A DNA stretch of 37,789 bases from Promethearchaeota archaeon (GTDB lineage Archaea > Asgardarchaeota > Lokiarchaeia > Sigyniarchaeales > SOKP01): contig RDOA01000036.1 of NCBI GenBank assembly GCA_011364925.1, forward strand, positions 1 to 37,789. Reading direction: 5' to 3'. The notes below the pieces were generated by a model. The model had not been told where the DNA came from, did not search any database, and saw nothing but the letters and a program-made list of their open reading frames with translations. The translations under genes and the position numbers were made by a program. Positions 27,981 to 37,789 of the stretch are shown here, one piece after another (position 1 is the first letter of the stretch; the number at the start of each line of letters is the position of its first letter).

Positions 27981-28226
27981 TTTTAAGCTAAAAATTTTTC
28001 ATTCATTTAAAGGTAAATTGATATCAATATGGGGTAATTATTTTTATATTTTAGTAGGTATAGAATTACCATCTAAATTAAATACACCAATATAAAAAGA
28101 ACCAAATAAGTTGGAATTATTTTTTATTAAAATATCTGATCTATTTGGAGAACTGGAAAAATTATAAAATCTGGTTACCACTGAATTTTTAATTTTTGTC
28201 CTTCATTAAATCTCTTATACAATCGC

Positions 28227-30554
28227 ATGATAGATTTTGAAGATTTTCTTAAATTTATCAAGTCTCAAGACTTTTATTGCGGTCAAATATATCACATCGA
28301 ATATATTCCAGAAATTAAGCCCCGTTTTGAGAATTTGGATAAACCTTTAAGAAAGAGATTAGAACGATGGTTATATAGTAAAGGAATAAAATTATGGAGA
28401 CATCAAGCTGAAGCTATAAATTCAATCAAGCAAGGTAGTAATACATGTATAGTTACATCCACAGCATCAGGAAAATCTTTATGCTATAACTTACCTGTAT
28501 TAGATTACCTTCTAAACAATGAAAAAGCTACAGCTTTGTACCTTTTTCCGACAAAAGCGTTGGCTAGAGACCAATATGCTCAATTAAAAGAAATTTTAAG
28601 CGATACGAACATTAAAGAAAACCGAATTGGAGTCTACGATGGTGATACGAATTCGGATGAAAAAAGGCGCATTTTAACAAACGCAAATATTATTATCACA
28701 AATCCATATGGTTTACACTATTACTTACCATGGTTTAAGCAGAATTGGCGAAGAATATGTAGCAATCTAAAGTATATCGTTCTTGACGAGATTCACATAT
28801 ATAGAGGCGTCTTTGGGTCCAATTTTGCATTGCTCTTAAGGCGGTTGAAGAGAATACTAGACATCTTTGGAATTAAGCCAGTATGGATACTATCGAGTGC
28901 TACAATTAACAACGCGAAAGATTTCTGCGAGAAATTGATTGGCGAAGACTTTGTTATTGTCGATAAAGACGATTCCCCATCGGGAGCAAAAAACGTGATT
29001 TTATGGGATTTACCATACGATACATCGTCAGGCAAATATAGATCCGCCCATCAAGAAACCAAGAATTTGTTTGTTTCTCATCTAAAATATAAAGATGGGA
29101 TACAGACATTAACATTCACCCTGTCAAGAAAAATGGCTGAGTTACAGGCTATTTGGACTAAAAATGCTCTTCCTATGCTCAAAGATAAAATTAGCAGTTA
29201 CAGAGCAGGGATTAGTAAGAAAAAAAGAAGAGAAATCGAAGAAAAGTTTAAAAACAAAAGTATTATAGGAGTTAGTTCTACCAATGCATTAGAATTGGGA
29301 ATCGATATCGGATCACTTGATGCTACAATTAGTTCTGGTTTTCCTGGTACAATTTCAAGCTTTAAACAACAGATAGGGCGCTCAGGAAGAGGATCTGGTT
29401 TATCAATATCTACTTTTGTTCCTATGCAAAATCCACTAGATTTATTTTATGTCCATAACCATGACCAATTATTTGGTAATATTCAAGAACAAGTTTTTAT
29501 AACGCTAAAAAATAATTACATTTTAAAAAATCACTTATGCTGCGCCGCCAAGGAAATTCCTATAACGATCGATGAATACAAGAAGTTTGGGATTGAAGAT
29601 AAGGAGTTATTTGAAACTTGTGTTAATGAATTAATATCTGAATCGTTATTAATGAAACGGGTGGATAAATACTATTGGAAAGGAGAATTTTTTCCAAATG
29701 AGAAGTATAGCTTGAACGCTCTATCCTCAAAGAGTTATAAAGTCATTCTTCGGCAAAAAGGGAGAAATGAACTTCTAACTGTGGAAGACGAAAGTTATGT
29801 TTTTCGAGATTTGCATCCTGGAGCCGTATATCTTTATGAAACTGAGATATATATGGTCCAAGATTTAGATCTTGACGAAAAAATAGTGTATTTATCTAAA
29901 TCAAACGTAGAATTTTATACACAATCGCTTAAGCATACAGATATTACTCCACTTGAAATTAAATCGCAAGATAATACGGGTCTAAATGATTTAATTGAAA
30001 AATTTTTTGGAAATGTAAAAGTTGAGCACGAATATTATTCTTACAAAGTTATAGACACTTTAACGCAGGAAACCATTTCGAGACATCCACTCGATAATAT
30101 TCCGATCATAGAATTTGAAACTCAATCCGTTTGGTTTGGCATTCCGTTTGAATACCAAAAAGAATTAGAATTGAATGGGTTTGATTTAGGTGGCACCATT
30201 CACGCGGTGGAGCACGCAATGATCGCAATGGCTCCAGCGTTAGCTCAAATATCGAGGTGGGATTTGGGAGGAGTATCAATCGATTTCGATCCAGTTAAGC
30301 AACAACCTATTATTTACATTTATGATGCCTATAGAGGTGGTATTGGTATATCAGAACAATTATTCGCCAATCTAATTGAATTATTGAAATTATCCTTAAA
30401 GTTAATTGAATCTTGTAGTTGTAAAACCGATAATGGGTGCCCTTGTTGCGTAATGAGCCCAAAATGCGGTAATAACAACGAACCACTGGACAAAAACGGG
30501 GCTATTTTCTTACTAAGAAAACTCTTAAATTCAGATCAAATTAATTCAATTTAA
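28227..30554 (+). CDS. Hrq1/YprA(MrfA)-type SF2 DEAH helicase with DUF1998 Zn-binding domain
   Basis: HQ Q-motif, TASGKS, PTKALARDQ, YDGDT, DEIH.YRG.FG, SAT, ALELGIDIG, QQIGRSGR, HAVEH, YDAY.GG.G, CSC...GCPCC..SPKC. Confidence 0.92.
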   Translation: MIDFEDFLKFIKSQDFYCGQIYHIEYIPEIKPRFENLDKPLRKRLERWLYSKGIKLWRHQAEAINSIKQGSNTCIVTSTASGKSLCYNLPVLDYLLNNEKATALYLFPTKALARDQYAQLKEILSDTNIKENRIGVYDGDTNSDEKRRILTNANIIITNPYGLHYYLPWFKQNWRRICSNLKYIVLDEIHIYRGVFGSNFALLLRRLKRILDIFGIKPVWILSSATINNAKDFCEKLIGEDFVIVDKDDSPSGAKNVILWDLPYDTSSGKYRSAHQETKNLFVSHLKYKDGIQTLTFTLSRKMAELQAIWTKNALPMLKDKISSYRAGISKKKRREIEEKFKNKSIIGVSSTNALELGIDIGSLDATISSGFPGTISSFKQQIGRSGRGSGLSISTFVPMQNPLDLFYVHNHDQLFGNIQEQVFITLKNNYILKNHLCCAAKEIPITIDEYKKFGIEDKELFETCVNELISESLLMKRVDKYYWKGEFFPNEKYSLNALSSKSYKVILRQKGRNELLTVEDESYVFRDLHPGAVYLYETEIYMVQDLDLDEKIVYLSKSNVEFYTQSLKHTDITPLEIKSQDNTGLNDLIEKFFGNVKVEHEYYSYKVIDTLTQETISRHPLDNIPIIEFETQSVWFGIPFEYQKELELNGFDLGGTIHAVEHAMIAMAPALAQISRWDLGGVSIDFDPVKQQPIIYIYDAYRGGIGISEQLFANLIELLKLSLKLIESCSCKTDNGCPCCVMSPKCGNNNEPLDKNGAIFLLRKLLNSDQINSI

Positions 30555-32363
30555 TTATTTTAGACTATTTAAACCTAATTGCACTAATTTTTCTTTGCTA
30601 GGTTTCCCGGTATCTAATTCCCAATCGCGAAATTTGTAGAAGAGATTCTTAAGTTTCTCAAAATTAGGCGTTTTGTCTGCAGAGCCTCCACTTTCAAAAG
30701 GTCTTGTCAAAATACTAGGCAATCGATCGTCATTAGGAGTTAAACCCATTTTAATGTTAAAAAGGCGCTTCATATTCGCGATTCTTTCGCCATAGAGCTT
30801 AACTTCATTCAGATCAAATTTAAGACCTACAGTATTTTGAATTAACTCAGCAATTTGAGAAGGTAAAGGATTACAGAAAGAGCACATAATGATTGAACTG
30901 TATAAAGCTCTATAATCCATAATTAAAGAGCATACTTCCGCCATTTCTTCATCGTCTTTATACTTGTCAATGTTTCGAATTCCAATCTCTTCTAATGGAA
31001 CTCCAACTAAGACATAGTAGGCATCTAGTAAATTATGAGATGGTCCTTTTGATCCAATACCATAAGCTAGTGCCATACCGTAATTGGAGCGAAGATCGTG
31101 ATACGTAACCTCTAAACCATTAACAGTAGCGATTTCTTCCTGTGATATATTAAACTTTTTAGCGAGTGCGTTAGAGCCTTCAGCTAAAATTTTCCCTATT
31201 CCCTCCCTATTAACAATTTTTTCTAATATTTGTTCTATGGTTTTAAGATCATTCCATTTAGGAATTAATCCTTCAACCTCATTTGCATTTATACTACCTT
31301 TTTCGAAATGGTGAATAAGACAAGAAATAACCGCCCCGGAACTAATCGTATCTATACCATAATCAAAGCATTTTGTATTAATATGAACAATCCATTCCAG
31401 ATTATCATTTAACATTAGCGTTCCGTAAGACACAAGAGTTTCATATTCCGGACCTTCTATCTCGTCAGTTTTGTATTCCCCCTTCTGAATAGCAACCTTT
31501 CTGCCACAACCAATGACACAGGAATGGCAAAATCTTCTTTTTACTAAGATTGTTTCGGTAATTGTTGCTCCAGAAATCTTTGCAGCACCATCCCATTGAG
31601 GTTGGCTAAAATATTTAATCGGCAATTCACCACTCGTATTGTACATATCCATTGCACCAGCTGTTCCTAATTCTCCCAATACTTGAGAAGCAAACGAGGA
31701 TTTGACGTGATTTCTTGCGGTAATTATTGAAGCTCGCAGTTTTTCTTCATTTGCTACATCCAATTTAATGTTAGCTCCTCTCACAATAATTCCCTTCAAT
31801 TTTTTAGATCCAAAAATAGCTCCCATTCCAGTCCTTCCAGCAGCTCGTTGTTCAGAAACTATATTAGCGTACTTAATAAGATTTTCGCCAGCTTGTCCAA
31901 TACATGCGACTTTAGCACTTTCATCTCCAAAACTTTCCTTCAGTTTTTTAGTTGTATAATATGTTCCTTTTCCCCATAAGAAATCGGCATCTTTAATCTT
32001 TACTACATCATTGTCTATTTCTATATATACTGGATCCTTCGCAGCTCCTGAAATTATGATTCCATCATACCCTGCTTTTTTTATTTCAGCACCAAACCAG
32101 CTCCCACAATTGGATTCTCCCCATATTCCAGTGTACGGAGATTTTGAGCAAACAACCCATCTACCTGTATTCGGAGTAAAAGTTCCATTTAACGGTCCTG
32201 TCATAATCATAATTATATTTTCTGGAGAGAGTGGATCAGTATCTTTACTCAATTTATCGTATAAATAACGACAAGCATAACCGCTCCCTCCCAAGAAGTT
32301 TTTGGCGATTTCCTCTACAATAGGAACAATAGAAATATGCTTTGTCGTTAAGTTTAGATTCAA
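30555..32363 (-). CDS. aor: Aldehyde:ferredoxin oxidoreductase (W/Mo-pterin)
   Basis: FLGG.G, DPLSPEN, KSPYTG, ESNCG, GYDGI, GRTGMGA.FGSKKLK, CHSCVIGC, PEYET, GIDTIS, C.FC, DDRLP. The probable true start is ATA at 32390. Confidence 0.93.
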   Translation of the reverse strand: MNLNLTTKHISIVPIVEEIAKNFLGGSGYACRYLYDKLSKDTDPLSPENIIMIMTGPLNGTFTPNTGRWVVCSKSPYTGIWGESNCGSWFGAEIKKAGYDGIIISGAAKDPVYIEIDNDVVKIKDADFLWGKGTYYTTKKLKESFGDESAKVACIGQAGENLIKYANIVSEQRAAGRTGMGAIFGSKKLKGIIVRGANIKLDVANEEKLRASIITARNHVKSSFASQVLGELGTAGAMDMYNTSGELPIKYFSQPQWDGAAKISGATITETILVKRRFCHSCVIGCGRKVAIQKGEYKTDEIEGPEYETLVSYGTLMLNDNLEWIVHINTKCFDYGIDTISSGAVISCLIHHFEKGSINANEVEGLIPKWNDLKTIEQILEKIVNREGIGKILAEGSNALAKKFNISQEEIATVNGLEVTYHDLRSNYGMALAYGIGSKGPSHNLLDAYYVLVGVPLEEIGIRNIDKYKDDEEMAEVCSLIMDYRALYSSIIMCSFCNPLPSQIAELIQNTVGLKFDLNEVKLYGERIANMKRLFNIKMGLTPNDDRLPSILTRPFESGGSADKTPNFEKLKNLFYKFRDWELDTGKPSKEKLVQLGLNSLK

Positions 32364-32523
32364 TAATTGACCTCTAAAACCACCTAGTATAGTTACTCAC
32401 CATAAGACAAATATTTGATTAATTTAGGTACTAGAACTCAATTTTAATTTATCTTTTTTATCATTGCACTCGATTAATCCAAGGTAACAATTTTTTTTAA
32501 ACTGAGTAAATATTATTCTATCT

Positions 32524-33024
32524 ATGAATAAAGATCTCGATTTAACATGGAGCGATCTTAAATCTCCTACGATGGCTCCCGACGATTATTTAGTAGAATT
32601 CGGAGACAAAATTAAATATAACTATAAAGTCTACGAACCAAAAGAAGAAGTAGTAGAAGGAATTAAAAACTTCTTAAAAAGTAAGAACGAACAGTTAAAA
32701 ATAGCTGCTTTTGGGGCTGATTGGTGTCCAGATTGCCATAAAAATGTACCCCGTATGATTAAATTAATAAAACAAATGAAATCAAAGGATGTTGAACTTC
32801 GTATCTTGTATGGAATTATGATCGATCCTTTACGCAAACCGGGAGAAACTTCATGGCATAAAACAAGATCCCCTCCAGAAGCTGTAAATCCTAAGTTTAA
32901 CCTAATAGCAATTCCCACATTTTACTTCTTCAATAAAGATGGTAAATACTTAGGTCAGATAATAGAGCATCCAAAAGAAACTATCGAAGATGATACTCTC
33001 GAAATTATTAAAAAACACCTCTAA
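32524..33024 (+). CDS. Thioredoxin-family protein
   Basis: ADWCPDC..NVP active site and cis-Pro AIPTF. Confidence 0.85.
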   Translation: MNKDLDLTWSDLKSPTMAPDDYLVEFGDKIKYNYKVYEPKEEVVEGIKNFLKSKNEQLKIAAFGADWCPDCHKNVPRMIKLIKQMKSKDVELRILYGIMIDPLRKPGETSWHKTRSPPEAVNPKFNLIAIPTFYFFNKDGKYLGQIIEHPKETIEDDTLEIIKKHL

Positions 33025-33080
33025 TTATTATTTAAATTATTTAATTTACTCTTTTTATTCTTCAAGAATCAAGATTTATA

Positions 33081-35144
33081 TTGGTAAATCGTTATACTAT
33101 CATCATGTCGAAATTAAATGTTAAAAAAGTGATAATTTTCAAGCATGGAGTTTCTTACTACATCCTCGAAGGTACTGTTAAAGGAACTGACACTTTCGAA
33201 TTAGAGTTTAAAATTGACGAAATGGACGATGTACTAAAATCGCTCTTTGTTCTTGATACCAGTGAAAAAGGATACATTAGCTCGATCTCTTACGACGCGG
33301 CTTTAGACACCTCTCAATTATTAAAATCTATCATGCTGAACATACCTGACAAAGACTCTTTCTCTTCTCTAATTACGCAAATAAAAGGAGCGAATATTAA
33401 CCTTATAATAACGGGGGGAAAAACTATGTCTGGAAAGATCATGGGGATCGAAGAATTTGAGAAATTGAGCAAGGATGAAAAAATTGTTGAGAAACTGCTC
33501 ATACTCCTCCAAGATAACGAGGTCATATCGAAAATTAACTTTAGCGAGATAAAATCCTTTGACATTATGAACGAAGACATCAAAAAGGATTTAAAGTTTT
33601 TTCTCGATACTGTTATCTCAGGGAAGAAAAAAGACGCAAAGAAAATCGTTATAAATTGCGAATCGGGAGGGAATGACGATGTCGAACGAGTCATCTTTGT
33701 TTACTATATTCGAGAAAGTCCGATCTGGAAGACCTCATATCGTTTGATTATGAGTAAAGAGCAAGCGATAGAAGAAAAGTGCTTACTATCTGGTTGGAGT
33801 CTTATTGAAAATACGACTAATCAAGATTGGGAGGATGTTGAGTTATCATTGGTTGCCGGAATGCCCGTGTCTTTTAAATATGAGTTTTACCGACCTATTT
33901 TCATCCAAAGACCCGTTATTCAACCCCCAAAAGTGCTAACCGTTAAACCTACTGAAATAGAAGAGGCAATTGAAATGGAAAAGTATAAAGAATATGCCAT
34001 GGCGGAAATGGAACCGAGTGTTATGAGTAAAAAAGCTAAAGCGGTTCGAAGGGGAGCTCCTTCCCCTGCTCCAAGTGGAGCGTTAGCTTTCGGTTCTACA
34101 GGAGGCATGATGTCAGACGAAGCCTTACTTGATAAAGTAAAATCCCAAACAAAAATTCAAACAAAGGATTTAGGCGAATTATTTGAGTACAACATTTCAA
34201 ATCCTGTATCGATAAAAAGAAAACAGTCGGCATTAGTGCCTATTTTAACCGAATCCATTAAAGCTAGGAGGGTATTACTCTATAACAAAACCGAATACGA
34301 TAAAAATCCTAATGCTTGTCTTGAGATCACAAATAATACCAATCTAACGCTTGAAAGGGGACCCGTCACTATTATATACGACGATAATTTAGCTGGAGAA
34401 GCAATAATTCCCTTCCTTAACAAAGAGGATACTCGTCTATTGAATTACGCCGTTGAACAAGCGGTATTAGTAACTCACGAAGCTAAATCTGAAAGTTTAA
34501 ACGTACACAAAATTACGATTGGGAGTGGCTACTCCTATGAATATTATTACACAAATCAAACGACAACCTATAAAATAAATAATAAAACTAATGAAGAAAA
34601 GGAATTGTATTTAGACCATCCAAAAACCTACGGATACAAATTTATTGAAAAACCAATTGAACCAGAAGAAACACCTAATTTTTGGCGTTTTAAAATTACA
34701 TTAAAACCTAAGGAAGCAATTACATTTAAATTAAAAGAACAACGCGAAGATTATACTAGTTACTATATAAGGAATTGGTCGAAAGGCGACATTTTAAAGA
34801 GAGTGGGATTTTATGTCAAGCAAAAGTTCATTAACGAAAATCTTGAAACTCAACTAAAAGAAATCGCGGAATTAATACAAACACTAAACGATAAAACTAA
34901 CATGAGAGACAAACTATACGAAGAAAGAGACCTTATGTCCGAAGAACAGTCACGATTGAGAGAAAACATAGCCGTGTTAGGAGACGATACCCAATCTATG
35001 GCTTTAAAAGAACGTTACGTGAAAAAATTAAACGATCAAGAAAGTAGATTCGAAAAAATTTCTGCTGAGGTGAAAAAACTCGACAAGGAAATTGATTCAC
35101 TCAATAAATCTATTGAAAACAAAATGAATAAATTGAAAACTTAA
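33081..35144 (+). CDS. DUF4139/DUF4140-like protein with C-terminal coiled coil
   Basis: V.IFKHGV.Y, DDVLKSL, P.WKTSYRL, NTT.QDWEDV.LSLVAG.P, GELFEY, SALVPI; the C-terminus has EQSRLRENI. The likely start is the ATG at 33105. Confidence 0.8.
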   Translation: MVNRYTIIMSKLNVKKVIIFKHGVSYYILEGTVKGTDTFELEFKIDEMDDVLKSLFVLDTSEKGYISSISYDAALDTSQLLKSIMLNIPDKDSFSSLITQIKGANINLIITGGKTMSGKIMGIEEFEKLSKDEKIVEKLLILLQDNEVISKINFSEIKSFDIMNEDIKKDLKFFLDTVISGKKKDAKKIVINCESGGNDDVERVIFVYYIRESPIWKTSYRLIMSKEQAIEEKCLLSGWSLIENTTNQDWEDVELSLVAGMPVSFKYEFYRPIFIQRPVIQPPKVLTVKPTEIEEAIEMEKYKEYAMAEMEPSVMSKKAKAVRRGAPSPAPSGALAFGSTGGMMSDEALLDKVKSQTKIQTKDLGELFEYNISNPVSIKRKQSALVPILTESIKARRVLLYNKTEYDKNPNACLEITNNTNLTLERGPVTIIYDDNLAGEAIIPFLNKEDTRLLNYAVEQAVLVTHEAKSESLNVHKITIGSGYSYEYYYTNQTTTYKINNKTNEEKELYLDHPKTYGYKFIEKPIEPEETPNFWRFKITLKPKEAITFKLKEQREDYTSYYIRNWSKGDILKRVGFYVKQKFINENLETQLKEIAELIQTLNDKTNMRDKLYEERDLMSEEQSRLRENIAVLGDDTQSMALKERYVKKLNDQESRFEKISAEVKKLDKEIDSLNKSIENKMNKLKT

Positions 35145-35267
35145 TAAAAAGCTTTAATAATTCATCTTTTCTTTCTTATTACAACATCATTAGATATCTC
35201 AATGATAAAAAAAAATAAATTCTATCAAAAATAATATCTAATGTTCTAGTTTTGTTAGGTGTGAAAT

Positions 35268-35480
35268 ATGAGTATTGATGAGCTTGAAGATCAAATCGAA
35301 AAACTTATGGATCAAAGAGATAAGCTAGAAGAAAAATGTGATACTTTACCAGAGTGCGAAAAAGATGACGGTTGTGAAACTTGTCAGGTGTATGAAAAGA
35401 TTGCCGCAATTGATGACAAAATTGAAGCTATAGAAGAAAAAATTGAAGGCCTAATGGGCAGTGAAGAAGACGAAGATTAA
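35268..35480 (+). CDS. Small acidic coiled-coil protein with a 4-Cys cluster
   Basis: AGGTGTGA SD-like sequence upstream; heptad helices flank C-x5-C-x5-C-x2-C. Confidence 0.7.
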   Translation: MSIDELEDQIEKLMDQRDKLEEKCDTLPECEKDDGCETCQVYEKIAAIDDKIEAIEEKIEGLMGSEEDED

Positions 35481-35817
35481 TGTTTAAAAGGTTTTTTTTT
35501 TAATTTTCTTTTTACTCTATTATATATCCGTTAATTCCTTAATTGCTAAATTTAACCCATTTTCCAAATTCACATTTGGAGAAAATCCCAATTTGTTTCT
35601 TGCTCTATCAGGTCTCGCGTAAAACTTATTTACATCGTAAGTTCTAGCTTTTTTATATTTTATTTTGCTCTCACTTCCGATTTTTTTAATAATAAGAGTA
35701 TTTTGGGGGATTAATATAGATAATCATTTGAAAAAAAGTTTAAAAAAGATAATCATATTCTCCATTTTGTATTTAATAAAATTATGAATATAAATCAAAA
35801 AAGGTCGTGAAAATAAA

Positions 35818-37113
35818 ATGACTGGTAAAAAGTTTGAAGTCCAAGCCATTAACGACGAGATTCTCGAGAATTTTAACCTTAAAAATCGTTATGCTTTCCT
35901 GAATAATAATTTAATGGCTATTCTCTCAACAGAAGAATTCAATTTTTTAAAAGAAGTCCAGCGATTCTGTATGCGGTTCGAAAAAAAGAACGAAATCACC
36001 CACGGTCCCGAAGAAGATATCTACGAGTGGATCCCCGCTTTTGGTGAGAAAGGTTACATTACGCGCCAGCATTCTTTTGATATGTGTGATGTTCATTACA
36101 ATGAATGGGGTTTAGCTCTAGATTTAATGAGAAACATAGCGCTTGATATGTTCGATCCCCAATTTGCTATGGGAGGCGGAGCTACCGTACTGGCGATTAA
36201 TCCAGTATACGAACACCATGAGAATGTTCCTGCTAGATTAGATGCCCTTAGAGATTTGGTTACTGGAAATTCTCCGGGAGCAATCTTAATCACCGAGCCA
36301 GAAAGAGGATCTGACGCAGTTCATCAATTGACAACATGCACCGAACAGGACGACGGTTCATTTTTACTCAACGGAACTAAGATTTACAATACTAACGCCC
36401 CGAGATCGAAGTGGCTGGTATCCTATGCGACGGCGGAGCAGAATAACGGCAACATGATGGCACAATTCTTGATTAATTCTGAGTGGGGTGGCTTTAATGT
36501 TGAAAGGGTTAATATCCCTTGGGTTCCGAAGCTTTATTTAGGTAAGGAGACTTTTACCGATTTACGAGTACCAAAAGAATATATTCTTGGTGGAGTAGGG
36601 AAAGGTCGTGAACACCTTTTTGAAGGTCTAGTTCCAGAAAGAATCTCTATAGCAATGATGGGCGTTGCCGAAGCTTGGGGTGCTCTTGCTTACGCAGTAA
36701 TCTATGCTAACAATCGTAAGCAATTTAACCAGGAGATTCTCAAATTTCAAGGAGTAGGATTCTTGCTTGCTGATTTGTGGGCAAGAACAACTAACCTAAC
36801 AATTGGCTTATTGAAATTTTGTGAATCATACGATGAAAAATACGAAAAATTCGGTGGCGAGATTCCTAAAAACATCTCTCAAGCCATGGTCGCGTCTGCA
36901 AGTCAATTCAAGTATCAAGCTGCGAAACTCTCAAAAAAGGTGTGTTACGAGTGCGCTAACAACATGGGAGGCGCAGGGTTATGCGATAACACGTTAATGC
37001 ACGATTATCTTAATATTTCGAGAATCCAGGAAATCGTAGGTGGAAGTAGACAGATTCAGCAATATATTATGTCGTTATCGCTACGTACGCTATATAAAAT
37101 GTCCGTGTCATAA
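35818..37113 (+). CDS. Acyl-CoA dehydrogenase
   Basis: ITEPERGSD, LNGTKIYNTN, F.DLRVP, ERI, RKQF.Q.I..FQ, GGAG, EIVGGS..IQ. Confidence 0.93.
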   Translation: MTGKKFEVQAINDEILENFNLKNRYAFLNNNLMAILSTEEFNFLKEVQRFCMRFEKKNEITHGPEEDIYEWIPAFGEKGYITRQHSFDMCDVHYNEWGLALDLMRNIALDMFDPQFAMGGGATVLAINPVYEHHENVPARLDALRDLVTGNSPGAILITEPERGSDAVHQLTTCTEQDDGSFLLNGTKIYNTNAPRSKWLVSYATAEQNNGNMMAQFLINSEWGGFNVERVNIPWVPKLYLGKETFTDLRVPKEYILGGVGKGREHLFEGLVPERISIAMMGVAEAWGALAYAVIYANNRKQFNQEILKFQGVGFLLADLWARTTNLTIGLLKFCESYDEKYEKFGGEIPKNISQAMVASASQFKYQAAKLSKKVCYECANNMGGAGLCDNTLMHDYLNISRIQEIVGGSRQIQQYIMSLSLRTLYKMSVS

Positions 37114-37276
37114 AATTGAATTCATTTTTTTATTTTTATTTTTGGTAAGAAAAAGTTTACACTAAATATTAATAACAAAAACTAAGATAAACAAAATTAA
37201 AAAGAGAATCCATATTTTTCCTAGTAAGAAAATTACTCATATTTCTTCAATAGAAAAAAACAAAAGAGTAGGAAAA

Positions 37277-37789
37277 ATGGAAGAAAATCAAGACAAAGAA
37301 GATAAAAAGAAAACTAGATATATAACCCAAGCAATAAACGACGAGATTTTAGAAAAATTAAGCCTGAAGAATCGATACCAATTTTTAAATACAAATTTAA
37401 TGACCGTTCTTGATCCACCAGAATTTAACTTTCTTAAGAAAGTTCAGAAATTTTGTATGCGGTTCGAAAAAAAGAACGAGATCACCCACGGTCCTGACGA
37501 GGATGTTTACGAGTGGCTTTCTGCTTTTGGTGAGGAAGGTTTAATAACAAGAGCTCATAAGTTTGATATGCTCGATGTTGATTACCCCGAATGGGGGGCT
37601 ACGATGGATTTCATGAGAGCTCTTGCGTTAGAGTTTTTCGATCCACAATTTACAATGGCAGAAGGCGCCACTGTGCTAGCCGTTAATCCTTTAGTTGAGC
37701 ACCACGAAAATGTCCCGATCCGGTTAGAAGTCCTTGAAAAATTCGTGACGGGAAAAACACCCGGAGCTATCTTGATTACAGAACCTGAA
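37277..37789 (+). CDS. Acyl-CoA dehydrogenase paralog, N-terminal part (runs off window edge)
   Basis: Manual translation MEENQDKEDKKKTRYITQAINDEILEKLSLKNRYQF...FCMRFEKKNEITHGP...PGAILITEPE, colinear with 35818-37113. Confidence 0.92.
   Translation, partial: MEENQDKEDKKKTRYITQAINDEILEKLSLKNRYQFLNTNLMTVLDPPEFNFLKKVQKFCMRFEKKNEITHGPDEDVYEWLSAFGEEGLITRAHKFDMLDVDYPEWGATMDFMRALALEFFDPQFTMAEGATVLAVNPLVEHHENVPIRLEVLEKFVTGKTPGAILITEPE

Noticed and set aside
28227-30554. DISARM/Druantia-type defence system suggested by the DUF1998 helicase
   Set aside because: It is a single fused Hrq1/YprA-type helicase with no methylase, PLD nuclease or other partner genes nearby.
6148-36293. Short ORFs antisense to long genes (e.g. 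6148, 7606, 7798, 9001, 9220, 10889, 11462, 12878, 15533, 17545, 22391, 23783, 25621, 25849, 27766, 28793, 31768, 32011, 32631, 33314, 33920, 36096)
   Set aside because: They are shadow frames nested opposite longer, better-supported genes and have no motifs.

Overview
AT-rich archaeal chromosomal segment, most likely Asgard (Lokiarchaeia-like). This is inferred from a Loki-CTERM-type IPGY-TM-K tail, a Loki-type LRR-associated protein, an MglA-like small GTPase, CdhD, HdrA, FrhB, AOR and tandem acyl-CoA dehydrogenases. The backbone carries hdrA (partial)/frhB-like, a GTPase-wHTH, tRNA-Pro(UGG), archaemetzincin, an ADP-ribosylglycohydrolase, a dapA-dapB><lysA-dapF lysine cluster, cdhD, an APC permease/tusA/dsrE/LysR module, an Hrq1/YprA-type helicase, aor, a thioredoxin-like protein, a DUF4139-like protein and two ACADs. 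The main unexplained structure is a ~10.2-kb accessory region (11745-21930) bracketed by the last 34 codons of cdhD and an in-frame, ~75%-identical second copy of that 3' end (21931-22032). This looks like an integration into a Wood-Ljungdahl gene with tail replacement. Its cargo is a full-length SRP54 with a slightly altered M domain, secreted/membrane proteins, an RHH protein with matching triple 9-bp repeats at two sites, a HEPN-like protein and decayed radical-SAM and deaminase fragments; no integrase is recognisable. Also noted: a C/D-box-like sRNA candidate between dapB and lysA, probable ATT/ATA start codons, and a natural Q61L-like substitution in the GTPase.
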